Shown: piece after piece, positions 15,363-24,257 of the stretch
Position numbering within the stretch: position 1 is the first letter of the stretch
Layout of the letters: the number at the start of each line of letters is the position of its first letter
From: a virus
DNA length: 40,042 nucleotides
Reading direction: 5' to 3' (one strand)
IMG/VR virus record: IMGVR_UViG_3300045988_091053
Coordinates: 1-40,042 of that record
Position numbers and translations under genes: made by a program
The notes under the pieces: model-generated
The model's database searches: none
What the model saw: only the letters and a program-made list of their open reading frames with translations
What the model was told of the DNA's origin: nothing

Positions 15363-15384
15363 AGCCCCTTAATTGGGGTTTTTT
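15363..15384 (+). terminator. Rho-independent terminator
   Basis: AGCCCC-ttaatt-GGGGTT stem followed by a T-run. Confidence 0.55.
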
Positions 15385-15485
15385 GTTTCCGAAACAAAAC
15401 GGTAGCCCCTCTTTTAGATTATAAAACGAAGTCATGAGTATAAAAACTTGTGGCTTTTTTCTTTGAACAGGAAGGAGGGGAAGAA

Positions 15486-15953
15486 TTGCCCAGAGATGGA
15501 ACAGAAAACTTGATTCCGTTTAATGAACGAACAGAGGAAGAGCAGAGAAAGATCCGGAGAAAAGGCGGTATCGCCTCCGGTAAGGCTCGAAGGGAGAAAG
15601 CGGACCTAAAAAAGAAAGTCAATCAAATTTTGGAGATGGACGTTTTTAGTCCACAGCTAAAAGAAGCGCTCGAGGAGAAGGGCTTGAGCGCGACTAACCA
15701 GACGGCGATCGCGACAGTCCTTCTTCAAAAAGCTCTTAAAGGCGATATACGAGCGATTGAGCTTTTAGCCAAGATGAACGGCAACGAGGGCACGAAAGAC
15801 AATCTCGACAAGAAAGAGCAGAAAGAACGAATCAAGGCCCAGCAGCTTGAGAACAAGAAACGCGAGCAAGCCTTGGAAGGCAATGTCGTTTCAGAAGATA
15901 TCATGTCCGACTATTTCGACAAGCTGGAAGGAGTGGTCAAAGATGGCTCTTAG
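15486..15953 (+). CDS. terS: Terminase small subunit (putative)
   Basis: Lies immediately upstream of and overlapping TerL. Basic N-terminus (RKIRRKGGIASGKARREK). TTG 15486 follows GGAGGGG; the ORF is open from 15450. Confidence 0.55.
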   Translation: MPRDGTENLIPFNERTEEEQRKIRRKGGIASGKARREKADLKKKVNQILEMDVFSPQLKEALEEKGLSATNQTAIATVLLQKALKGDIRAIELLAKMNGNEGTKDNLDKKEQKERIKAQQLENKKREQALEGNVVSEDIMSDYFDKLEGVVKDGS

Positions 15954-17178
15954 TGATCTATACAGCCAAAAACAGATTGATATCTTACGGCGCTCGGTTG
16001 ATCGTGACTGGTACATGATGATAAACCACGGTGCAGTACGGGCCGGGAAAACCAAGCTCGACAATGATCTTTTTTTGATGGAGCTGAAACGGGTCAAGAA
16101 AAATGCTGCAAAAGTCGGAGTTCAAAAGCCCATGTACATTTTAGGTGCTGTATCGTCTGGGACGCTTCAAACAAATATCTTGCGTGAGATCACGGACGCT
16201 TACGGACACGAATTTCAGTTTGACCGACACGGGAACTTTACCTTATTTGGCGTATACGTCGTTACGACGTTTACGGGGTCCATAGCGGGCCTTAAAGCGA
16301 TCCGGGGTATGACAGCCTTCGGGGCCTATGTAAACGAGGCCACGCTCGCGAATAAAGAGGTTTTTGACGAGATCTTAAAACGTTGCTCGGGATACGGCGC
16401 GCGTATTATATGCGATACCAACCCGGATCACCCGAAACACTGGCTCAAGGTCGATTATATCGACAAGGCAGACGATGAAAAGATTATCGCGAATCATTTT
16501 ACAATCTTTGATAACACGTTCTTAAATCAAAGATACGTGGACAACTTGATCGCGACAACGCCTTCCGGTATGTTTTCAGAACGTGGGATATATGGTAAGT
16601 GGGTGATCGGTGAAGGTGCGGTCTATCGTGACTTCAAAGAGGAAATGTACGTCAAGCAAGCGCCCGAGCATTTCGCGAAGATTTACGCTGGCGTTGACTG
16701 GGGTTATGAACACTGGGGCTCGATCGTTGTTATTGGACAAACAGAGGCCGGAGACGTGTATATACTCGAAGAACACGCGCACCAGTACAAAGAGATCGAC
16801 TTCTGGGTTGACGTTGCAAAAGATATCAAGGCCAGATATGGCGATATATTCTTCTGGGCTGACAGCGCACGGCCCGAACACGTCGGACGGTTCAACCGTG
16901 AAAGGCTCAAGTGCTTCAATGCGTATAAGTCGGTATTATCTGGGATTGAGGAAGTGGCCAAGCTGATGAAAGCTGGTCGCTTTTTTGTCGTTTCGAATAA
17001 GGTCGCAAAATTCAAAGACGAGATCTATCAATACGTCTGGAATGAACGATCGGGCGAGCCGGTAAAAGAGCATGACGACGTATTAGACGCGGTGAGATAC
17101 GCGATCTATTCACAGCACGTCTACGATACAAGTAGCACAGTTAAAGAGCGTATGACAAGCGCGCAATACTATTTCTAG
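15943..17178 (+). CDS. terL: Terminase large subunit (PBSX/Terminase_3-like)
   Basis: Start at ATG 15943 after GGAAGGAG. Walker A GAVRAGKT, Walker B YVNEAT, C-terminal nuclease-type acidic motifs. Confidence 0.85.
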   Translation: MALSDLYSQKQIDILRRSVDRDWYMMINHGAVRAGKTKLDNDLFLMELKRVKKNAAKVGVQKPMYILGAVSSGTLQTNILREITDAYGHEFQFDRHGNFTLFGVYVVTTFTGSIAGLKAIRGMTAFGAYVNEATLANKEVFDEILKRCSGYGARIICDTNPDHPKHWLKVDYIDKADDEKIIANHFTIFDNTFLNQRYVDNLIATTPSGMFSERGIYGKWVIGEGAVYRDFKEEMYVKQAPEHFAKIYAGVDWGYEHWGSIVVIGQTEAGDVYILEEHAHQYKEIDFWVDVAKDIKARYGDIFFWADSARPEHVGRFNRERLKCFNAYKSVLSGIEEVAKLMKAGRFFVVSNKVAKFKDEIYQYVWNERSGEPVKEHDDVLDAVRYAIYSQHVYDTSSTVKERMTSAQYYF

Positions 17179-17194
17179 GAAGGAATGAAAGAAA

Positions 17195-18724
17195 TTGAAA
17201 TTCTTAAAAGGACGACGGTTCAACGAAAACGCGAATCGTCAATTCATTATGACGGCCGAAGACTTCGAAACGATCGAATACGAGGGTCAAAAATGGATCG
17301 AGCGTCTAAAGAATTACATCGGGACGCACAGATCCGAGCAATTGGACCGCTTGAAAGAGCTCAAGCGCTATTATCTAGCAGATAACAATATCAAGTACCG
17401 CGAGGGCAAGAGCGATCCATACAGCGCAGATAATCGAATCGCGAGCGACTGGGCCAAGTATATTGCAATCTTTGAACAAGGCTATATGCTGGGGAATCCG
17501 GTCGAATACAAGAACGAGAACGCGGAAATTCAGAAACAGATTGACCAGTTTTCAAAGCAGAACAACGAAAAGGACCACAACGTCGCGATCAAGACAGATC
17601 TTGCGATCTATGGCCGTGCTTATGAACTTTTGAACACGTTCCAAGACGAGGACGGTTCGGTCTGGGTCAAGCTCTATCGTATGGATCCGGAGCAAACTTT
17701 TGTCATTTACGATGATAGTTATGAGCAACGTTCATTGATGGCGGTTAACTATTACTCTATCAGCTACGGAAATGGACACAAACGCGATTTTGTTAAGGTC
17801 TATACCAGCAACGCTATTTACGAGTATGTGGACGATAACCAAGAGACAGATACGCTTCATCTCAAAGATACGAGCGAACATTTCTTCAATGGCGTTCCAG
17901 TAAACGAGTTTAGCAACAACACGGACCGTACAGGGGCGTTCGAAGCCGTGCTTGACTCTATCGACGCTTACGACTTGTCACAGTCAGAGCTTGCAAACTT
18001 CCAACAAGACAGCAACGAGGCTCTTTTGGTGATCTCGGGGAATCCATTTACAGGAGTCGAAGATAAGGACTTTATGGAAGACGGTCGGATCAATCCGAAC
18101 GGACGGCTTGCGGTGTCTCAAGCATTTAAAAAAGCGAAGATCTTGATCCTTGATGACAACCCGATCCCGGGTGGATCAAGTCCAAATGCGAATTATCTTG
18201 TCAAATCATACGACACGGACGGAGCGGAAGCGTACAAGAAACGGCTAGTAAATGATATTTTACGCTTTACGTTTACGCCAGATACCACAGATAGCAACTT
18301 CGCAGGGACACAATCGGGCGAAGCTATGAAATATAAACTTATGGCTTCCGACAACTATCGAGGCAAGCAAGAGTTACTTTTTGAAAAAGGCCTTATGCGT
18401 CGTTTGCGCCTAGCAGTCAATATCTGGAAAATCAAGGGCAACGACTCAGACAATTACAACCTTATCAACGAGACAAACGTTGTCTTTACGCCAAACATTC
18501 CACAGAATGACGCTGAGATTGTGGCGATGGCGAAGAACTTATACGGCGTTGTCAGCGAGCAAACGATCTTCGAAATGCTCGAGCAAGTAACGGGCGTAAA
18601 TGCTGAGGCTGAGCTAAAACGTATGAAAGAAGAGACGGAAAAAGCGCTTGAAATGCTCCCACGAATCGAGCCACAAGCCGGCGAGGTAGCGACAGATGAA
18701 GAAACTGAAGCTAAACAACCATGA
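17195..18724 (+). CDS. Portal protein (SPP1 gp6-like)
   Basis: 509 aa, directly after TerL, with a typical LKRYYLADNNI N-terminal region. Confidence 0.8.
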   Translation: MKFLKGRRFNENANRQFIMTAEDFETIEYEGQKWIERLKNYIGTHRSEQLDRLKELKRYYLADNNIKYREGKSDPYSADNRIASDWAKYIAIFEQGYMLGNPVEYKNENAEIQKQIDQFSKQNNEKDHNVAIKTDLAIYGRAYELLNTFQDEDGSVWVKLYRMDPEQTFVIYDDSYEQRSLMAVNYYSISYGNGHKRDFVKVYTSNAIYEYVDDNQETDTLHLKDTSEHFFNGVPVNEFSNNTDRTGAFEAVLDSIDAYDLSQSELANFQQDSNEALLVISGNPFTGVEDKDFMEDGRINPNGRLAVSQAFKKAKILILDDNPIPGGSSPNANYLVKSYDTDGAEAYKKRLVNDILRFTFTPDTTDSNFAGTQSGEAMKYKLMASDNYRGKQELLFEKGLMRRLRLAVNIWKIKGNDSDNYNLINETNVVFTPNIPQNDAEIVAMAKNLYGVVSEQTIFEMLEQVTGVNAEAELKRMKEETEKALEMLPRIEPQAGEVATDEETEAKQP

Positions 18725-19631
18725 GGAATACTGGGAAGCACGCGCCCGTGAGATATTCGAATACGTTGATAGAAAAGATATAGACTTCTTCGCTGAATTA
18801 GAAAAAACTTACCGCAACGAGGCAGTAAGGTTACAAAAGTCGTTGTTTGACTTTTACACAAAGTACGCTGAAGATCACGCACTCACTTACCAAGACGCAA
18901 CGAAGCGCCTTCGAGGTGAGGATCTGAGCGACTATGTGGATAATGCGACGCTATACCGTGAGCAGGCCGAAAAGGATCCGGAGTTGCTGAAACGATTGAA
19001 CCAACAATACGCGTCAGCTCGAGCGATCAGAATCGAGGCTTTGCAGTTGGAAGCTATCCACAGGCTCGGAGTGCTCACAGGAGCGCTTCATAAGAGCTTC
19101 GAGAGGTATTTATCCAGCGTTGCGGAATACGCGTACAGGAAGGCTCTCGGAGGCCGTACAGGCGCGGTCAATCGTCCAGCCTTTGAAGAGATTATCAAGA
19201 CGCCGTTCAACGGTCGAAATTATTCCGAGCAACTTTGGGGCAATACCGACAACCTAGCGCAAAAGCTAAAAGAAGTATTTAAGCAAGGTTTTATCCGTGG
19301 AGATGGACCGCAAGAGATGGCCCGCGAGATCCGAAAAGAGTTCAACGTGGCACGGTCCAGAGCTGAAACGCTAGTCCGAACGGACGCGACAGCCGTCATA
19401 AATCGGGCGACTATTAAGCGATATCAGAAAGCAGGGATCGAGTTTTATCGGATCTTGGTCGTGCTAGACGATCGGACAACTCAAATTTGCCGAAGAATTG
19501 CGCAAGAAGATAAGCTGTACAAGCTCGAGGACGCTCAAGTCGGGGTTAATATGCCCCCGTTTCATTATAATTGCCGGTCTACGATCATGCCGGACGCGGG
19601 AGAGATAGGAGAGGAGGAAACGAGTGATTAA
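18696..19631 (+). CDS. MuF / SPP1 gp7-like minor head protein
   Basis: C-terminal motif DDRTTQICRR...NMPPFHYNCRSTIMP is typical of Phage_Mu_F. Confidence 0.8.
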   Translation: MKKLKLNNHEEYWEARAREIFEYVDRKDIDFFAELEKTYRNEAVRLQKSLFDFYTKYAEDHALTYQDATKRLRGEDLSDYVDNATLYREQAEKDPELLKRLNQQYASARAIRIEALQLEAIHRLGVLTGALHKSFERYLSSVAEYAYRKALGGRTGAVNRPAFEEIIKTPFNGRNYSEQLWGNTDNLAQKLKEVFKQGFIRGDGPQEMAREIRKEFNVARSRAETLVRTDATAVINRATIKRYQKAGIEFYRILVVLDDRTTQICRRIAQEDKLYKLEDAQVGVNMPPFHYNCRSTIMPDAGEIGEEETSD

Positions 19632-19770
19632 TATCTGGGATATGGTATCGTACACAGCAGGCCTTTTCTGCTTCGCCTTCGTGGTCGTGGCAGGTTGGGC
19701 CGTTATCGCTGGAATGATCGAAGGTATCATAAAGAGCATTAAACAGTCACGAGGTGACAAGAACGAGTGA
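19624..19770 (+). CDS. 48-aa single-TM peptide (GTG start, below the ORF-track cutoff)
   Basis: GGAGGAGGAAACGA-GTG context. TM helix AGLFCFAFVVVAGWAVIAGMI. Confidence 0.4.
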   Translation: MINIWDMVSYTAGLFCFAFVVVAGWAVIAGMIEGIIKSIKQSRGDKNE

Positions 19771-19918
19771 TCGGAGGTGATCCGGTATCTTGACAAGCGG
19801 GAATAGATCGCTATTTTTAATTGTCCAGACTATGCGGAGGACGTTAAAAGCTGCATTGTTTCGTCGCCGGACGTAAAACGAGAAAATCGATTGACGGCGT
19901 AACCGTCGGAGGAAAAAT

Positions 19919-20512
19919 ATGTCAGAAAATACACAAGCAGTTGAGACTGAAGCTCTTGAGCAAGACGTCACTCAAGAAGAACAAGTCGAGACCAAGCAGG
20001 AAAAGGCAGAACGTACCTTTACACGCGCCGAATTTGGAAAAGCAATCGCAGCCGAAATTGCCAAAGCACGGGCCGGCTGGGAAGCTGAACAAGCCGAAGC
20101 AATCGAAAAGGCTAAAAGCGAAGGTGAACGCCTCGCGAAGCTGACTAAAGACGAGCGCGCCAAAGAAGAGGAAGCGAAACGGATCCAAGCGATCGAGGAA
20201 CGCGAGCGAGCACTAGCAATCAAAGAAATGCGCGTGGCCACTCAAACGCTATTGAGCGAAGAAGGCCTTCCGGGCGAATTCATTGATTTTGTGATCGATG
20301 AAACGGCCGAAGCCACAAAAGAGAAGATCGGCACGTTGCGAGCTATCTTTGATAAGGCAGTCGAAGCCCGCGTCGATGAACGTTTGACCCAGAAAGCGCC
20401 TCGCAAGGGTACGGGCCCAGTATCAATGACAAAAGCGGAGATCATGGCTATTGAGAACGACGAAGAGCGTCAAGCGATGATCGCCGCGAACATCGGACTA
20501 TTTAAAAATTAG
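19919..20512 (+). CDS. Capsid scaffolding protein
   Basis: E/A/K-rich coiled coil immediately upstream of the major capsid gene. Confidence 0.7.
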   Translation: MSENTQAVETEALEQDVTQEEQVETKQEKAERTFTRAEFGKAIAAEIAKARAGWEAEQAEAIEKAKSEGERLAKLTKDERAKEEEAKRIQAIEERERALAIKEMRVATQTLLSEEGLPGEFIDFVIDETAEATKEKIGTLRAIFDKAVEARVDERLTQKAPRKGTGPVSMTKAEIMAIENDEERQAMIAANIGLFKN

Positions 20513-20528
20513 AAAGGGCTATTAAAAC

Positions 20529-21413
20529 ATGGCTGAAACAAAACTAACAACTATGAATGACTTGGGCGAAATTAAGTCTATTGATTTTGTCAACAAGTTT
20601 TCTAAAAATATCAACGATTTACTTCGACTTTTGGGAGTAACACGTCGTCAAGAGTTGACTAACGACTTAAAGATCCAAACTTACAAATGGACCGCAGACG
20701 TTGACACTACTAAAACGGCCGAAGGTGAAACAATTCCGCTTTCTAAAATGACACGCGCGAAGGACCAAGAATACACAGTAGAATGGTTCAAGAAACGTCG
20801 TGCAGTATCAGCGGAAGCGATCGCACGTCATGGTGCGTCACGCGCTATCACAGAGGCAGATACACGCTTACTCCGCGAAATTCAAAACGGAATCAAAGAC
20901 GATTTCTTGGCTTACCTTAAAAAGACAAAAACAAAAGTAACAGGTAAAGGACTTCAACAAGCGCTTGCGAATAGCTGGGGCAAATTGACCACTTTCAACG
21001 AGTTCGAAGGCTCTCCGCTTGTTTCTTTCGTAAATCCGCTTGACGTGGCTGAATACCTTGGAACGACAGCCGTTGCGTCCGACGCTTCAAATGTGTTTGG
21101 ATTCACACTCCTTCAAAACTTCTTGGGTATGCAAAACGTCATCGTTATGCCTTCTTGCCCACAAGGTAAGATTTATACAACAGCGGTTGAAAACCTTGTT
21201 TTCGCTTACCTAAACGTTTCTGGTGGTGATCTTGGCGGATTGTTTGCGGACTTCACAGATGAAACAGGTTTGATTGGTGTGGCGCGTGATCGTCACTTGA
21301 ATAACTTGACTTTCGAGTCAGTATTCTTTGGTGCTAACGTTCTCTTTGCTGAAATTCCGGACGGTGTGGTAGAGGCTACAATCCAAGCGCCAACGTCAGC
21401 AGTAGCAGCCTAG
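20529..21413 (+). CDS. Major capsid protein
   Basis: 294 aa, strong RBS, lies between the scaffold and connector genes. Confidence 0.75.
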   Translation: MAETKLTTMNDLGEIKSIDFVNKFSKNINDLLRLLGVTRRQELTNDLKIQTYKWTADVDTTKTAEGETIPLSKMTRAKDQEYTVEWFKKRRAVSAEAIARHGASRAITEADTRLLREIQNGIKDDFLAYLKKTKTKVTGKGLQQALANSWGKLTTFNEFEGSPLVSFVNPLDVAEYLGTTAVASDASNVFGFTLLQNFLGMQNVIVMPSCPQGKIYTTAVENLVFAYLNVSGGDLGGLFADFTDETGLIGVARDRHLNNLTFESVFFGANVLFAEIPDGVVEATIQAPTSAVAA

Positions 21414-21430
21414 TTTTAGGAGGTTAAGCG

Positions 21431-21796
21431 ATGGCAGCAATCAATATCGATCAAGTAACGGAAGAGCTTCGACTTTTAAAGGGTATTCCCAAAGCTGACC
21501 AAGAACAAGACGATCTTTTGGCCCTTATTGTACGGGATAGCTTCGAGCGTATGATCGCTTACGTCAACCAGTTCTCAGAAACAGCACTCGAGGAATTACC
21601 CGAGAGCGTGGCTTATATCCTTCGAGACGTGGCTGTCAGTCGCTTTAATCGACTAAACTCAGAAGGCGCGACAGCGGACAGCGAAGAAGGCCGGAGCTTT
21701 ACTTGGGAGTCTAGCTATCTAACAGATGAACACAAGGCCGTATTACAAGGCCTTGCGATCAAGCACAGAGCCCGCGGAATCGCTCGATTCATTTAA
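21431..21796 (+). CDS. Head-tail connector (gp6/gp15-like)
   Basis: Size and position fit. The N-terminal LRLLKGIP...DDLLALI pattern is typical of this family. Confidence 0.6.
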   Translation: MAAINIDQVTEELRLLKGIPKADQEQDDLLALIVRDSFERMIAYVNQFSETALEELPESVAYILRDVAVSRFNRLNSEGATADSEEGRSFTWESSYLTDEHKAVLQGLAIKHRARGIARFI

Positions 21797-21809
21797 AGGG
21801 GGCGCGTGT

Positions 21810-22088
21810 ATGATCTATAACGAACGCGTGACTTTGATCTTTGAGGAAGAGCCGGAAGATGAATTGCTCGAGAGCACGGAAACAAAGAAGAGTTTTCCGG
21901 TCCCTTGTATGCGAAATTCATTGTCTAATTACGAGATGATGGGCTTGTTTGGCAAGTATGACTTTGATTCTTTCAAATTGCACTTACAGGGCAAGTATGA
22001 CGGATTCTCGGAAGTGATTTACAATGGCCACAAGCTCAAGATCAAGGGTAAACGATATCATCATAATAGCACGGTGATCTACCTATGA
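21810..22088 (+). CDS. Head closure / head-tail adaptor protein
   Basis: Start set at ATG 21810 after AAAGGGGG. 92 aa. Synteny supports the call. Confidence 0.55.
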   Translation: MIYNERVTLIFEEEPEDELLESTETKKSFPVPCMRNSLSNYEMMGLFGKYDFDSFKLHLQGKYDGFSEVIYNGHKLKIKGKRYHHNSTVIYL

Positions 22089-22429
22089 GTTTTTCGTATA
22101 CAGTAAAAGGCTTGGACAAGTTCATTCGGAAGGTCCAAAACAAGCCACGGGAAGCGCGTCGGGCTGTATCGGTAGAATTACAACGATCGGCCTTGCGTGT
22201 GGAACGAAAAGCCAAAATGAAAGCGGCAGTCGATACCGGCTTCATGCGAAATGGGATCTTTGTCGCTCGAATGGGTATGTTACGGTACAAAGTAACGTCT
22301 CCCGCGGGTTATTCGGTCTATGTGGAGCTTGGGACTCGGAAGATGAAGGCACAGCCGTTTCTTGGTCCAGCCGTCAAGGAAGAAAGCGAAGTATTATTTA
22401 AAAACCTTCGTAAAATGTTTAGGAGGTGA
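22085..22429 (+). CDS. HK97 gp10-like tail/neck component
   Basis: 114 aa with the DTGFMRNGI motif and ATGA coupling. Confidence 0.6.
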   Translation: MSFSYTVKGLDKFIRKVQNKPREARRAVSVELQRSALRVERKAKMKAAVDTGFMRNGIFVARMGMLRYKVTSPAGYSVYVELGTRKMKAQPFLGPAVKEESEVLFKNLRKMFRR

Positions 22430-22432
22430 TTC

Positions 22433-22798
22433 ATGGCAAACGAAACGCCTTCAGTCAAAATGCTCGCAGATTTACGCGAAAAGTTAAAACCACTCAATAT
22501 TCCGATCAAATTTAAGCTACCAAAACAAGACACACTCGAGCCGTTTTTGGTGATTGGGCAATCTAGTTCAGACACGTCTAAAACAGCTCAAACGGGGCTT
22601 ATAATCGAGGATATGAGTGTACAAATTGATATCTTCTTACCGGGCACGGAAAGCCGGGCCGGGGTCGAGAAGATCAAATCAGAGGCCCTTCGCAGGATCG
22701 GCCACAATCGCAATGTAAACGCGAGCGTACTCTTAGACGATACGGTAGGCCGGGAAGTCTATCATATTGTCATTGCATTAACAGATACAATCTTTTAA
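22433..22798 (+). CDS. Tail completion protein
   Basis: Synteny: the gene directly before the major tail gene. Confidence 0.5.
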   Translation: MANETPSVKMLADLREKLKPLNIPIKFKLPKQDTLEPFLVIGQSSSDTSKTAQTGLIIEDMSVQIDIFLPGTESRAGVEKIKSEALRRIGHNRNVNASVLLDDTVGREVYHIVIALTDTIF

Positions 22799-22814
22799 AA
22801 GGAGAAATTAATAA

Positions 22815-23396
22815 ATGAGTGAAGCTGAAGATAAAGCAAAAATCAAAATTACGATCGCGAAACCGGTCGTAGGTAAAAAAGTATTTTATTTCATTCAATC
22901 GATCCACGCTGAAAAGGGCAACGGAGCAATGCTTCCAGCCTATCGTACAGACGGTACGACAACCATGGGTGGCGAATACATTGACGAACAAACACAACAA
23001 GGGCGCTTGCTTGAGAAAGCAACCGATGAGCACTCTATCGAGTTGACTCAATATTTTGCGCCTAAAGATCCGTCAGTCGAAGTTATTCTTAACGCACAAA
23101 AAACAGGGGAATCTGTTAAGATCTGGCGCGTTATCGTCGACGAATCAGTCAAAGAGACTTCAACCGGAAAAGACACTTATCCAGCACAATTCGGATATGG
23201 TAAAATCACGGACGATATCGAATTTACTGACGCGGTCGATGGATTCGTCGAGCTTAACTATACAGTCGGTATCGTTGGACGCTTGCGCGATGGTAAGTTC
23301 CCACTTTCAGCGGACGAAATCGCAATGTTAAACGACGTTTACGAGTACCAAAACCCGGGCGAAACAACAGGCGATTATAACAATATCATACGCTAA
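22815..23396 (+). CDS. Major tail protein
   Basis: 193 aa, followed by a hairpin terminator and then the chaperone pair. Confidence 0.7.
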   Translation: MSEAEDKAKIKITIAKPVVGKKVFYFIQSIHAEKGNGAMLPAYRTDGTTTMGGEYIDEQTQQGRLLEKATDEHSIELTQYFAPKDPSVEVILNAQKTGESVKIWRVIVDESVKETSTGKDTYPAQFGYGKITDDIEFTDAVDGFVELNYTVGIVGRLRDGKFPLSADEIAMLNDVYEYQNPGETTGDYNNIIR

Positions 23397-23404
23397 TTTT
23401 TCAA

Positions 23405-23443
23405 GCAAAGGGGCTTCAAATGCCCTTTTGCTTTTATTTTTTT
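23405..23443 (+). terminator. Attenuating terminator after the major tail gene
   Basis: GCAAAGGGGC...GCCCTTTTGC stem followed by a T-rich run. Confidence 0.55.
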
Positions 23444-23463
23444 GACAAAAAAGGAGTTATTCA

Positions 23464-23940
23464 ATGGAATTTACAGTCGGAAGCCGTTCAATCGAGATCA
23501 AATTTGACTATATGACTATGTACAAGGTCAATCGTGACTTGGGATCTCAAGGCCCAGACGGAACACGCAACGAAGATGGGGTCGGTGCTCTATTCCTTCG
23601 TGTCGTGGATCGTAACGATTCGGCTCTTGTGGATCTTATCAAGCTATGCGCGAGCAAAAAAGCGAAAGCCGTAAGCGATGAAGAAGCGATCAAAGCGATC
23701 GCGGACAAAATGGAAGATCTCGGAGCAGAAAGCACAGAGCCACTTTTTGAAGCACTTGAGGAAGAGATGGTCGATTCTGGTTTTTTCAAAGAGAAAGTTT
23801 CGAAATACTTAGAAAATCTCGAGCTGGGATTGAAGTATCTCAAAGCAAAAGCAGAAACAGCCGAGGACAAGGCACAAGCGGAGCTTCAGATCGAGCAGAC
23901 GGAAGCGCAAATTGGGCGCTTGAGAAGCGCAATCTCTTAA
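23464..23940 (+). CDS. Tail assembly chaperone (gpG-like)
   Basis: Lies before the tape measure gene. Contains the slippery site T TTT TTC at 23781-23787. Confidence 0.65.
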   Translation: MEFTVGSRSIEIKFDYMTMYKVNRDLGSQGPDGTRNEDGVGALFLRVVDRNDSALVDLIKLCASKKAKAVSDEEAIKAIADKMEDLGAESTEPLFEALEEEMVDSGFFKEKVSKYLENLELGLKYLKAKAETAEDKAQAELQIEQTEAQIGRLRSAIS

Positions 23941-23954
23941 TCGAATGTGCGCGT

Positions 23955-24242
23955 TTGGGTCTGACTGATCCGAATATTATATTTTCTTGTACAAAAAACG
24001 AGCTCGACGCAATTCGCGAGGGCCTTTATTATCGAGCAATCGAAGAACGGGAAAATCTCGTCGAGCTTGCTTTTAATCTTCGCTATACGTTGAACGCTAA
24101 AAAAGCGGACTTTGGCAAGTTGAGCAAGAAAAAGGATCGCGAGAAAGTGCGTCGTCTATTTAGACAACGCGAAGAGCGCGAAAGCTCTCAAGGTATGCTC
24201 GAGAAGATCGAGCGTCTTAATGAACATTTCAGAAATAGATAG
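23955..24242 (+). CDS. gpT-like extension of the tail assembly chaperone (expressed by -1 frameshift)
   Basis: The frame is -1 relative to gpG and is open from 23751. There is no convincing RBS of its own. Confidence 0.55.
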   Translation: MGLTDPNIIFSCTKNELDAIREGLYYRAIEERENLVELAFNLRYTLNAKKADFGKLSKKKDREKVRRLFRQREERESSQGMLEKIERLNEHFRNR

Positions 24243-24257
24243 ATAGGAGGTGGGGCG

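Noticed and set aside
15362-15410. 8-mer TAGCCCCT repeated at 15362 and 15403, and AGTATAAAAA shared by 10387 and 15445, as possible pac or late-promoter motifs
   Set aside because: They are too short to distinguish from chance without comparative data. Noted only.
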